Positions 12,981 through 24,976 of a stretch of DNA of 64,000 nt are shown one piece after another. The translations under genes and the position numbers were made by a program. How positions within the stretch are numbered: position 1 is the stretch's first letter; each line of letters opens with the position of its first letter. The DNA lies in contig CBFFRP010000427.1 in NCBI GenBank assembly GCA_965644295.1, positions 62,001 to 126,000 on the forward strand, read 5' to 3'. Source of the DNA: Paraphysomonas bandaiensis (lineage: Eukaryota > Protista > Chrysophyceae). The notes under the pieces are model-generated. The model made no database searches and had not been told where the DNA came from. It worked only from the letters and a program-made list of their open reading frames with translations.

Positions 12981-14472
12981 ATATAATTCTCTGCCCTACG
13001 ATGGCTAATACAGTCCAACATAAAGTTTCACCCTATTAACCAGCTCCAAGCCCAATGTCTCTATTGAGACCGTGGCTGAGTCACATCAGTGTGCCCAGGG
13101 CCTTTTACACTCCCTTACTGCTGCATTTTGTTGACCACCACGCTTCCGACAAATTACCTGTCACACCATGTTGTACACGCTCCAAGCCCCCTGCCTGGCC
13201 TTGCAACCTTCACCCTACTCAACTACTTCAGTTAAACCACGTGCCTGCACCAATGCAGCGCTGACCGCACCTATGTGCTATCCCCTCAGCAGACAACTTC
13301 GTCTCACCCATCGCTTTCTACGGCTACAACCTCTCAGAACATGGCTCGTGCGAGCAGGCTCACGAAAACGACCCCCATGGACCCCCTATGCAATCACTGA
13401 ATACTCTCGATCCATCTCAACTGTGCAACAGGGCTGCCTTCTGCCGCCCACTCAACCCAACCCAACATGGTTTGTCTGTGGTCCATCCACCCAGCAGGCT
13501 ACCCCCTCACCCTGTTCACCTATCACCCCCACAGCCCATCCATCTCATTGGATAGACACTGTATTCCGCATACGGTATACTCGACTACTGTATTACTGTG
13601 CCCTACAGGATGTATACCATTCCGTGTATACCTCTACTGCTGTTGGACACATCACCATGTCCATGTACCTGTCTACCTGTACTGTTGGACACATCACCAG
13701 CTCTCTCTCTCTGTCCAACACACTCATAACACCACTGCAGTGTCATACACACACACAGTACACTCTACCTCCTCCTAGAAAACCCCCGGACAAGCTATCT
13801 CCTCTCCCTTCGTCTCTGATACCTTGCCGTCATCTTCCTTACACACACTCTCTATGCCTCAGCCTGTACCCCCCTGCACCAACACAGACACTAACAAGGG
13901 CAGCTGAGGACGTCCGAGTGTCTCCTCCAGACCATCATCATCACGATCATCTCGTGCATAGGTCTATCAGAGTACTCGACCTCAGTGACTCTTGTTCTGT
14001 TGCGCAGTCTCACTCTCCTCAATCAGATGTTGCCTCTCTTGCACCATCACACTCCCTCTCGACTCCCTGTAGCTGGACACACCAGATGACCCTCACATCC
14101 CACCCCTGTACAGCTATACACCCTCTTGCATGTGTTCTCTACCGCTGGCTAAGACAGCAAAAGAGCCGATTTCGACGCTTCTTCACAGTAGGCCATAACC
14201 TTTTGCAAGACCTTCATCCACATACCTCCGAGCCACTTGGAACAATGCCTAAAGGAAGGCCACCAGATAGCCAATCTCAGAAGGGCATATTACTGTTTCC
14301 CCTTGGTGCTTGCGGCGACGCACAAGCAGCTTCTGTAGCGTTAAATAGTAGGATAAAAGAGTTTGTATTGATTAGTTACGGGTAGTAGTCTAACTAGTAT
14401 GACTAGCATTCTTCTAGCCACTAATTGGTGCAGGCTTTCAACGCCTATTGCTAAATAATCAGACATTCAATA
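12981..14472 (+). mobile_element. Non-autonomous non-LTR retroposon (family 1)
   Basis: 13-bp TSD tattagtaacagg (12968-12980, 14473-14485). Empty site present inverted at 15829-15841. Shared tail at 14300-14472. Confidence 0.9.
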
Positions 14473-14503
14473 TATTAGTAACAGGTGTTTAAGAGTTACA
14501 ACT

Positions 14504-14850
14504 CAGGGCCTGGTAACCATTAATGGTAATGCCATTATAATTGCCGGGACATTTTTAATTAATGTCATTATAATTGCCAGTAACCGGACTACCATTAATG
14601 ACCTGTACTGCTATATTATATAGAACTGAGTGTTTTTAAGATATAATAGTATAGGATATAGTATCTCCTCTATACTCCGAAGAAACTCTAAATAATATTA
14701 GACAACAATGTTCATGCAACTCTACAGGCACTTTGTGGCAAATTTGTTCACTATCTTCTCAATGCTCTGTAGATTTAGAGAATAGTTTCCTGAACCAGCA
14801 ATATCTATTGCGACGTACTCATATACCCAAAAACTCTAAAATAATCATTG
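14504..14850 (+). mobile_element. hAT-like left end
   Basis: cagggcctggtaaccattaatgg plus internal similarity to the 47373-48052 element. Confidence 0.7.
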
Positions 14851-14856
14851 AAAATA

Positions 14857-15134
14857 TGAATAAAGAATTGATCTTTATAATAGTAAAACAATGTTGTGAT
14901 TATTAGAGTGTAAGTAATGAACACGATAGAGTGAAAATTATGAATAACAATATAGAACGTACTATCATGCACAACGGAATAGTTAGAAGTGTAACTGATA
15001 ATGACGACGTTATGATGACGATCACGTATCTTCGACAGATACTCTCTCTAATTCAGTTCATGGTATATTTCATTGGACATTATAACTCACAGATACAATC
15101 ATGTATTAAGCTGAATCCTAATACGCCCCCTCAA
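14857..15134 (-). mobile_element. copia 3' LTR with polypurine tract
   Basis: Reverse complement of 10650-10912; on the minus strand it is preceded by tgagggggcg and ends in ..ttattca. Confidence 0.75.
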
Positions 15135-15526
15135 TGAAATAATCAGTGAACCGTAGATAATAGAGAGAATATGAACTTATATACACTGAGAGTAAAAACC
15201 AGAGTAGCAGTTACTAACCAATAATAAGCGAACTGCAGAGATGCCATATACTGTGAGACCATCCTTCTAGTCCAGCATCATGTATTGAATAAAAGTAAAA
15301 AAAAATGGTAAAAACTCCGTGTAACTCAAACTAGCCACCTAGGTCGCTTGTGGCTTGGTAATTGTGATTTAGATGTCTCTGAGGTTGTTGATCGCTTCCT
15401 GTTGCTGCTGGATGGGATGTCGAACCCAGCTCCCCCCATCAATGTAGTTCGCAATGTGCGGAAGTTATTTGCTCCTAGTGGTTTCGTAAGGTCGGCTAAC
15501 ATTGACTTTGTGGATTATAATAAATG

Positions 15527-16171
15527 TTAAGATGAGAGAAGATTATAATAAATATAATAAGCGATATATCACGTTATCTCTACTACCACTCATTTCTAGT
15601 ACGATCTTACATCGTCATGATATCACTTCTCATAATACAGCTCATCACTACTGTATTCTCCAGTAACCGTCATAAAATATCTTAGAATTACAGCTTTTAA
15701 CTGCTTTAACAGCAAAACTCAACAGTCCGGTTACTGGCAATTATAATGACATTAATTAAAAATGTCCCGGCAATTATAATGGCATTACCATTAATGGTTA
15801 CCAGGCTCTGAGTTGTAACTCTTAAACACCTGTTACTAATAATAAGGCATTTCACTACCAGAGTTCAGTTACTTACTTACTTCTATAGGCCTCAACAAGA
15901 TTTCCTTTAATAGTATCAATTCATATTTCACAAATGTTAGCAAAGCACGAATAGAATAAGCTAATATTATTAGTAATCAATATATTTACTGCTTTCAATC
16001 AGATTATATAGTATATAGTACCACATATAGTTTGATTTAATGGCGTGCATATTATATTTACCGAGGTGTGTATTAATCCTAGGATGCACACTAAAAAAAA
16101 TACAGTTTGATACTACTCTCGGTAATACCAAATAGGTCACAACATACCTACACAACATTACGCACCCTCCA
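15527..16171 (-). repeat. Inverted duplicates of 12381-12578 and of 12647-12980 joined to 14486-14590
   Basis: Near-identical reverse complements; the ORF track gives matching peptides for 12590-12832(+) and 15970-16185(-). Confidence 0.85.
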
Positions 16172-16226
16172 TATGAACATACCACTGATGAACTAACAAC
16201 AAATCTAACATATATTATTTATCACT

Positions 16227-18083
16227 TCATGGGGCATTAGGTACAGCTGAGCAGAAAGTACTTGACATTGATTTCCACTGATCCCTTGGTAGTAGTTTCG
16301 ACATGGCCTTCGCTTTATTAGATATAGACCCTCCAGGAATGAAGTCTTCTAAATGATATTTTTCGCTGATGTACCACATCTTTACTTTCCGAAAAAATTC
16401 TAGTTTTTGAGCTTTATTTGCCGTCCAACACATATGAAACATGTACGGAGTCGCCTCTCCATTGGCAATCATTTTCATAAATCCTGGGCTGTGATGATAT
16501 GATGCGCCATTAGTAAAATCTCTTTGATGCAATCCTTGAGTATGAATCTGACCCAGATCCACTGCTTCAAGAAGACGCTGGGTGAATACGTTCTGATGGG
16601 ACCCTCCACTTTGCATTACATCGAAGGAGAGCATAATGTTCCAAGCAACATTTAAAGTGCGCGGATTAGACAAAAAATAGTAAAAACCAGAGTTTGCGTA
16701 AAACGGTGAGTAGCGGACTGTACTCCGCTGTCCATCATCACTTAGAAAGGCATCTGGTAATGGAGAATTCGCATCAGTTGCTTCAACCGACGCGATAAAC
16801 TCATGAAAATAAGGAAATGGGTCTTTGAACCAAACAATGTCGATATCTTGAAAAAGTACGTTATAACCTAGCTTTAGCATGAGCCATACGCTGAACGCTT
16901 TATACCACATCATATCCACAAATATTCCGTCGAGGTACACCTACAAGAATACGAACTGAAATTGACGGGAATAATTGGCACTTGAAAATAGCAGGCCATG
17001 TACGAAGAAGCACAATCACACCTTCGACGACTCACGAGAGGCGCTGGCGAAATCACTGTGGTAGTAACCGAGTGCCCCAGTCGCTGTAATAAGTGGAACG
17101 ATTTCACTGCATTCACATATGAGCGACATAGTAAGCCGATAAGTATGGTTGTTGAAGTAATAAAGATCAATTGTCATTGATTAGAAACGTTACCTGCTAG
17201 CAGCAAAGACAACGACACTGGACAGAGAGAGGTTGTGGTGTGCACAAGAACAGGCGAAATTCATGAATAAATCCATTTCACCATCATTGACCACCTGAAG
17301 TGACACAATTAGATGTTCGTCGGGCAACTATACTGTAGTTGTAGCAGACACGATTCGCATGTGATGCTTACCATGACAACAACATCACTTCCGCTCATCA
17401 GTCCCCTTCCTTCTAAAATTTCTTGCATTTCCTCTTCTACAGGAGACAGAGTGGCCAAGAGTGGGCCCAATTTTTCAGTAAATCTTTTCCGTCCTTTACG
17501 ATTACCGGGTCGAGAAAAAAAACCAGTTGGACTAAAGATACCCTCTAGTGAAGGGACATCAGTGTATCGCTGCAACAGATAAGAGTTATTCGTGCGACGT
17601 GTACTGGCCACGGCAAAGCAGGCCCCATTTTCATGGGACATGCCATTTGCAATTGTAGTGCATCTCGTATGGCTATAAGGGTTCATAATTGTCGTTTCAT
17701 AGGGCATATTCAGTTTAACAATTCTTTTCTCTGTTCATACAATTACTGAGGTAATTTAAATTCAGTGGTACTAGTACTAACCGCGATGACTTTGGAACAC
17801 TTCGGATGGAGTTCCACTAAACATGGGACGAAATGTGGAATGAGCTGAATCATAATTAGCAGCACTAACCGCATCGCATTTCGGGGTGTGAACGAAAGAT
17901 ATAGACCCTGAAGATGCTATGTAGTACCATGTCAAAAAATTGCAAGCTGGAAATAAAACCCAAACAATAATTTCCAACAAAAGCATGCTGTAATGCATAA
18001 ACTAAACATGCCAGTAAAGGTAGAGGCCTGCCTATGATAGCACAGGCAGGAGTGCAGCGGATTCTATGACGCGGTCTCGACAT
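16227..18083 (-). CDS. Nucleotide-diphospho-sugar transferase (GT77-like), multi-exon
   Basis: LKLGYNVLFQDIDIVWFKDPF (DxD), ANSGFYYF and HMCW motifs. 5' exons and start are uncertain. Confidence 0.75.
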
Positions 18084-18382
18084 GGTAGGATTTGACTGTA
18101 TACTGGTATGTATACTTTTAACATATACACCGCTCAATGTATATACGTTGCTATACGGTATATAATACTCTGTATTCTGCCCCCACTCTGGTTAAATCTT
18201 TGAGCAGCAGCCATTGGATGGTTTGGAACTGAATAACTGGAGCGAGTCATAAGACTGAAGTGCTCAACGAATTGATCATAGTTCCCACTGTTTAAATTGC
18301 TCTAACTTCATCAAGGTGATTATTCGTACGAATTTTCATTTCATTTGCAAGTGGTGGTCTTAGAGCAGCCAGTAACTCTATT

Positions 18383-18883
18383 ATGCCAAAGGGTAAAAAG
18401 AATAAGACCCACAAGAGCGGTGCGTACACCTAAAAGTGCTCCGAATGATGTTGATGGTATTTCATGTACATAGGCTTAACTCGACAGATAAGCTACAAGG
18501 CACCAACTGCATCCATCAGTAATAAAGCTTTGTCTGGTGCTAAAGTTAACAAGAAAATAACTCACACAAACGCATTCGACGAGCAATTAAATGAGCTGCG
18601 TGCCAGAGCGGGAAAATTTGAAAGTAAAGGGAAGAAATCAAACACAGAACTAAAGTTAGGTCCATCTGTATTTCTTCAGGCTAGACACAATAAACGAAGG
18701 CATGAAGATGTCCCTACGAATGAAGAATCGCGCCCTGATAGCTTAAATTATGCAAACTCTGCAGTTGAGCCTGCTGACCTAAGGAGTACAAATGCGTATT
18801 CAGTATTTGAAGAACCAGACCCATCTTCTTTTGTTTTTCCCTTGAAGCCATCTAGTCTATTGGGAACAAGTTGTAAAAAGTGA
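18383..18883 (+). CDS. Small basic hypothetical protein (2 exons)
   Basis: MPKGKKNKTHKS, GT-AG intron at about 18420-18473, then joins ORF 18464-18883 in frame; divergent from the GT gene. Confidence 0.55.
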
Positions 18884-19469
18884 AGCAAGTTTGTGGTGAT
18901 GAAAGAATGAAGTTGTATTGTGTATTTCATAGTTTACCTGTAAATAATTTGATAACGCTACCAAATCTTAAATCTCTAGATGAATTGATCCTGAGGGAAT
19001 TTTTTTAGTAACCTTATCATGGTGCATGTGTCTACACGCTATTAAATCAATGCTCTTATGCGACACGCACCGGCTGACGAGTGCATTACAATATATTGCA
19101 ATATAAAGATATTTTTACCTGGCCCTGATTCTGGTGAAGGATCAAACAGCAGTAATCAAAAATATCTAAATTTCTGATCTTTGTCATGATATCTCCATAT
19201 CTACAATAAATGTAAATTGAATTGTGCAAAATAGAGTGTTATCGATTCTCAATCATGCGATCTTTTCTGCAGTACTTTACATCAGATAAGTCTGTTGATA
19301 CCTGAGAATAAACGACACGAAGGCCTTTTATGACTGTTAACACCTGAGGATTTGTAGTATCGCGTTAGTGTTTAGAGCTATTTAGCAAGCCGGCAATGCC
19401 AGCACAAGACACGCAGGAGTTGTAAACAACAATACACTATGGAATACTACTCCTAAAGAAAGATTGTAG

Positions 19470-19920
19470 TGACCTTTCTGGGGGATAAGTACCGGAGAGA
19501 TTCTCTCTGGGAAACTAACGTGAGCCGAAAACATAGTCAGCAGATATTGTTCTGCCCACTCATAGCCGAATGCTTGTGTGGTACAAGGGACACTAATAAG
19601 TGTCACTTGTGTAGACGTCTTTGGGCCCTGACGAATAAATAGACATCCGGGACAGGGCCAACCTGAAGGGTAACCGGAGTATTGGACTGCCTGCTGAAGT
19701 CAAGCACCCGGGATGTTTTCCTTAAGAACTCAGTGCGGAAGTGGTCGCACCTTGGTGCTTGCGGCGACGCACAAGCAGCTTTCGTAGCGTTAAATAGCAG
19801 GATAAAAAAAAGTGTGTGCTGATTAGTTATAGGTAGAGGTCTAACTAGATTGTCTAGCATTCATTTAGCTACAAAGTTGATGCAGGTTTTTAACGCCTAT
19901 TGCTAAATAAGACTTTCAAT
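19470..19920 (+). mobile_element. SINE-like retroposon (family 2), 5'-eroded
   Basis: Non-coding body shared with five loci, joined to the LINE tail ending gactttcaat. Confidence 0.8.
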
Positions 19921-20099
19921 ATGGTAAAATAACTCAATTTACTAAACTTGAACTCACACAGTAATTATTTAGTTGTGATCAACATGTATGTATGTATGTC
20001 TCATCATTCATAGATATTTGCTACAAATAATTTCTCTCAACTACCAATCAATATTATATAGTCAGATCTTATCTCTAATAGTGACTGTTGCTATAACTA

Positions 20100-21235
20100 G
20101 TGCTTATCTCTAATATATTCTACTATTTAACGCTACGAGAGTAGCTTGACGCAAGCAAACGCAGTGCGCAAGCAAAATGTTGATATACCAGACATCTGCT
20201 GATTGCTTGATTTTAGTTCTTTTGCTTGGTTTCAGCAGGCAGCGCAAACCCCCGATGTCCTTTAGGTGGGCCATTTTCCCGGATGCCTGTTTATTCGTCA
20301 GGGCTCAAAGACGTCTACACAAGTGACACTAATTAGTGTCCCTTATACCTACTAGCATTCGGCTATGAGTAAAAAAGATAGAAAATGCGTTTGGGGCGTA
20401 ATACCATTGCTCTCTGAACTCGTGAGGAATTCGCGGTATTGAGGTCGCAGTTGTACCTCCTTCATCCTCTTTCTTTGCTGCAGCCAAAGAAATGATATAA
20501 GATTGTAGCCGCCGTTACGTCACCTCAACCATGATTCACCCCAGACTTCCTCCCAGAACATGTCAGAACGCAGCGGCAAATAAAGGAAACCGCGTAGGCG
20601 TGACGAGACGTCATGCCCGGGGTTGGACTCCTCCGCAACTACCACAATCCTAACTTCACCGTCCCTGCACACATAACAATGCCTCATCCCCACATCCGCC
20701 AGATATTTCTGCGCTCCAGGTTCAAATTTCGTACTGCATTTCCTCATGATGACCCAGAACCTAGGCCTCCGCCTCTACCCATGTCTCTCACGCTTGGTAT
20801 GCTCACCTTCCTAATACAGGCCCCTGTCCCCCTCCCAATTCTGCGGAGCCCTACCCAAAAAAAGCATCCCCCTGACTAAACGAACAATGACGCCGTAAGA
20901 CTCATATTCTCGGATAAATCTCTATACACATTCAAGAGCGGAAGTCGTCGCGCCTTGGTGCTTGCGGTGACGCGCAACCAGCTATCGTAGCGTAAAAGAG
21001 TAGGAAATTAGAGTTTAATGTAGATACTTATCTAGCTCTGAATAATCTGTTCATCTAGCTACTAAGCTGGTACTGGCTCTCAATCGCCTATTGCTAATAA
21101 ACAGACATTTATATATATGAGTGGGCAGAACGGCAGAACAATATCTGCTGACCATATATGCGGCTCACGTTAGTTTCTCGAAGAAATCTCTCCGTTACTT
21201 ATCCCTCAGAAAACCACGACAAGGTGCGAGTCTAG
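20100..21235 (-). mobile_element. SINE-like copy interrupted by an antiparallel retroposon
   Basis: Head 21116-21235, body and degenerate tail 20100-20370. Confidence 0.75.
20371..21115 (+). mobile_element. Non-LTR retroposon (family 3) with shared tail
   Basis: 7-bp TSD tatgagt (20364-20370, 21116-21122). Tail variant at 20940-21110. Short ORF ends KKHPPD. Confidence 0.75.
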
Positions 21236-22809
21236 GATTGTGACTATCTAATATGTTATACAGTGATTGATTGTAGTGAGAGTATGTTGTAGTGAATGAC
21301 AATTTAGCTTTAGAATAAAGTTTTACTAATAGAATATTCAGTGTGTTCAATGTTCACACTTACTTCAGTTCTAGCCATCCTAAAGTCTAATCCAGGTAGT
21401 TTATAGCTTAATATGTATATTGTTACAAGTGGATCTAGTGTAACAATATAGATTATAGTATACTTTGTGAGCTCGTGGGTGGTACTACTTTACGAATTAT
21501 AAGCAGTGACATTGATTGCAGTGGAACTACATTCGAAGGCTTAGTGGTGCATTAATGTACTGACTAATATAGACTGATGTGAAATCAGCACATTGGTGAG
21601 AAATGTTTAATTATCAAATACAAAAGAAATAGTAGCTAGCTGGAGAACCAATTGCGCACTTTGCTACAAAATTCTATTAAACACAGTCTCCTGTATATTA
21701 AATCAAGGCGAATCTTGTTCGAGCCTGAGGCACTTGGAATTTAAAGTAACTAGACTACGGACATGGTAAATGTATCGATTTCCTTTCAAAGTAGTTGCTA
21801 CTCACTCGCATACATAAGCAATAATATGCGTCCACTTCGCATCTGCACTTTGCCAATAAAAAAGGTCAATTGGGAAGTGAAGTTGGACACAGCATGTCCC
21901 ACTTCTCTGAAAATATTTCTCCTCCACATGACAGTAGAGCCGTCTTTAAATGATACTACCATAACATAAGTGTACTCAAAATCGACAATATCAAGTTTTC
22001 ATCTCGGAACAATGGAATATATCGGAATAATTCCCAGTGAGATCTATACTCGTTTTTGTGTAGCACAACAGCAAAGACAAATCGCCCATGACTTTCTACG
22101 TATCGATAAGAGTCGCAGAATCCGGTCGGCATAATCTTAAATCGCTCTCTGTTTAAGTATAAATTTACGCTGAACGTTACCTTTGTCGTCTTCGTGAACA
22201 ACAGTAAGCTGCAGAGGAGTAATATCTTCTTGTGCGTGTCCTTGGACTGAACAAGGCGCCCCTGGCCCACTGTTTGGATGGTATAACAAACCTATCAGGA
22301 ATAACCCTTAGAGTGTAACCTGAATTTTAATTATTATGAGCAAGGGCAGCGATGATCATCCATCTCTCCTGCTACACGACTCGTGAGATTGTAGAAAACA
22401 TCCATCACATCACTGAAGCTTTCATTCGTTATATGAGGATGGTGTGAAACACTGTAGATCACATTAGCGGATCATACGAGATTGAAAGCAGTGACTCTGA
22501 TGAGGACACTGACTGTGACCCCAGAAGGAATACCTCCATATCTGAGATCTCAGTAATATACGTACGTATTCCGTAATACTGGGATCTCATAGCATATGAA
22601 GTGTTGGTATTTTTGTGTGGTATATTTATACAAAGAGTGCCATATGAGTGCGGCACTCCACTGCTGTATCCATCCCTCGCAATTGCAGTGAACTGGTTCA
22701 GTTCAGAGTGTACTGAGTGAAATAGGTCACATTCATTTCACCCGCTAAGCCAGAAACATCCCAGCACACATTCGCTGAATCCTCACCATTAATCTTTCCA
22801 TATATAGTC

Positions 22810-24555
22810 ATGAAAGGAAGCAGTAATCAGAGGATGGATGTCATCTCTGCAGTTCGATTTTACGTCGATAAAATAGTTGGAGACCCGGCCATTTCTGGTA
22901 ATGATCAAATTATTAGTCACTCATTGTTTAATGTGTATATATTAGGAATGAAAGCACTTATTTTGGACCCTGTAACTACGCAAGTGGTAAGCATGGTGTA
23001 CTCGCAAACTCAGATATTAGAAAAAGAGGTGTATCTTGTTGAGGTGCTGGGAAATCGTCACGAAGCAATGAATCACTTAAAGGCTGCACTCTACCTGCAG
23101 CCCTCTGAATCGAATATTGACATGCTTTGTCGAGAACTCCGTGAGCCACAGTTTTCGGAATATCATATATTCTTTTCGAATATTATTTCTCAAGATATGC
23201 TGAATCGTCTCGGGCGAGCAGATGAACATGAGGTGGTCCGACAGGTTCAAGAGTACTATGCCGAATTCTTGTCTATAAATGACGATTTTTTTCACCTTGG
23301 TGTGGGCAATAGTCTTGTCCTTTCTTCATCTGTAGGAAGATCCTTGGAGGCTGGAAGAATATTTGAAAGAAACGTTCATGGAATTCTTTCTGCACTTCTT
23401 GCGCTTCGCCGTCGTCCGTCGCAGATTCGTTACCAGGCTGCTTCAGACCTCGCCCGTCGAGTGGCATCAGAGATTGTGACGGAAATTGAACGAGATGATG
23501 TTTTTGATTTCCGACGCCAGGAGGGTCCCCTTCTCCTCATCCTGGACAGACGAGACGACCCGATTACTCCGCTACTCACACAGTGGACGTACCAGGCAAT
23601 GGTTCACGAGCTTTTGGGTCTTAACAATAACCGTGTGGTGCTCCGAGGAGCGCCTGGGATTCGTAAAGACCTTGAGGAGGTCGTCATTTCATCCACTCAG
23701 GACCCGTTTTTCGCAAAACACCGATTTGCAAACTTCGGAGACTTAGGAACTGCTGTAAAACAGCTCTTGGATGAGTACCAGCGCAATGCCAAGATGAATG
23801 AGAACATTCAGTCGATAGAAGACATGCAGGCATTCATGGAGCGCTACCCGGCCTTCCGCTCTCATGCGATCAATGTCTCCAAGCACGTCGCACTAATGAG
23901 TGAGCTGGCACGACTTACGGATGTCTGCCACCTCCTTGACATATCGGCACTGGAGCAAGAAATTTCATGCTCTTCTGATCACAGCACCCATAAACAGGAG
24001 TTGTTTGATAAAATTGCTTCACCGGCTGTGCAGAAGGCGGACAAACTCCGCCTCGCACTTCTTTATATTATCCGTTATGAGCAGTACGAGGAATTGGGAC
24101 AGATAAAGGCGGCGTTAGTAGATCATGGTGTCGACAGAGTTCCACTGCTGGATGCTATGTTGCAGTATGCAGGGGAGGCCCGTCGTGCCCCAGGTTTGTT
24201 TTCCCAAGGGGGTATTCTTGGCAAGATTGGGAAAACCATATCTTCCACAGTCAACGGAGTGGAAAATGTATACACGCAGCATGTCCCACTGCTCCAAACT
24301 ATCCTGGAGTCTATTAGCAAGGGGAAAATCAAGGACTCTGCTTTTCCTCTTATTACACCTGCATCCGCAGCTGGAAGCCGTCCTGGTGAAGTTATCGTGT
24401 TCATAGTAGGCGGTGCAACTTACGAGGAAGCCCTCACCGTAGCGGACTTCAATAATGCGAATCCCTCAATGAGAGTGGTATTAGGCGGATCGTGTGTTCA
24501 TAACTCGATGAGCTTCCTTGAAGAACTGAATAACTCCTTTGGTCTGGGTCGGTAG
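22810..24555 (+). CDS. VPS45: Vacuolar protein sorting 45 (Sec1/Munc18 family)
   Basis: GMKALILD, EVVRQVQEYYA, LLILDRRDDPITPLLTQWTYQAMVHELLG, NVYTQH, IVGGATYEE. Probable in-frame 48-nt intron at 22898-22945. Confidence 0.95.
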   Translation: MKGSSNQRMDVISAVRFYVDKIVGDPAISGNDQIISHSLFNVYILGMKALILDPVTTQVVSMVYSQTQILEKEVYLVEVLGNRHEAMNHLKAALYLQPSESNIDMLCRELREPQFSEYHIFFSNIISQDMLNRLGRADEHEVVRQVQEYYAEFLSINDDFFHLGVGNSLVLSSSVGRSLEAGRIFERNVHGILSALLALRRRPSQIRYQAASDLARRVASEIVTEIERDDVFDFRRQEGPLLLILDRRDDPITPLLTQWTYQAMVHELLGLNNNRVVLRGAPGIRKDLEEVVISSTQDPFFAKHRFANFGDLGTAVKQLLDEYQRNAKMNENIQSIEDMQAFMERYPAFRSHAINVSKHVALMSELARLTDVCHLLDISALEQEISCSSDHSTHKQELFDKIASPAVQKADKLRLALLYIIRYEQYEELGQIKAALVDHGVDRVPLLDAMLQYAGEARRAPGLFSQGGILGKIGKTISSTVNGVENVYTQHVPLLQTILESISKGKIKDSAFPLITPASAAGSRPGEVIVFIVGGATYEEALTVADFNNANPSMRVVLGGSCVHNSMSFLEELNNSFGLGR

Positions 24556-24976
24556 ATCCTACATATTTGATTGGTTGGCGTAGTTCAGACCCGTATGTGG
24601 CAGCAATTAAACTGCAAGAAGTTGGTACCGGATATTAATATCATCTTACAATTTCATTAGTAGGACAATCTTTTTCACACCGGTAACTAAAAAACATTTT
24701 ATCTATGCAGCACAGTACTATGGTAAAATCTATCTATAGTGAATAGCAGGAGACAGGATATGGGGTAACCTACAAGGAGCTACAGTTCCTCGAAACTTTA
24801 GTTCCACATACCACATATATGGGAAACTAAAAAATCATAGTATTACTTTGATCAAATCCTTTTAAACAGCACTATACTGTATGTGACTAGCGACTAGGAA
24901 ATGTTATATATTGATTGGTCTACCGGCTAGAAGCAAATACCCTTGTTGTTATAGTCAAGATAGCTTACAATACATT

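Noticed and set aside
13168-14385. 405-aa ORF as a host gene
   Set aside because: Lies inside a TSD-flanked repeat, the frame is not kept in the sister copy, and no domain is recognisable.
19625-19660. ctgacga as a hammerhead ribozyme core in the SINE body
   Set aside because: The required GAAA and NUH site are not conserved; GAAA appears in only one copy and no stem II forms.
21740-22660. Possible spliced minus-strand gene divergent from VPS45
   Set aside because: Composition looks coding, but no motif or consistent exon chain could be established.
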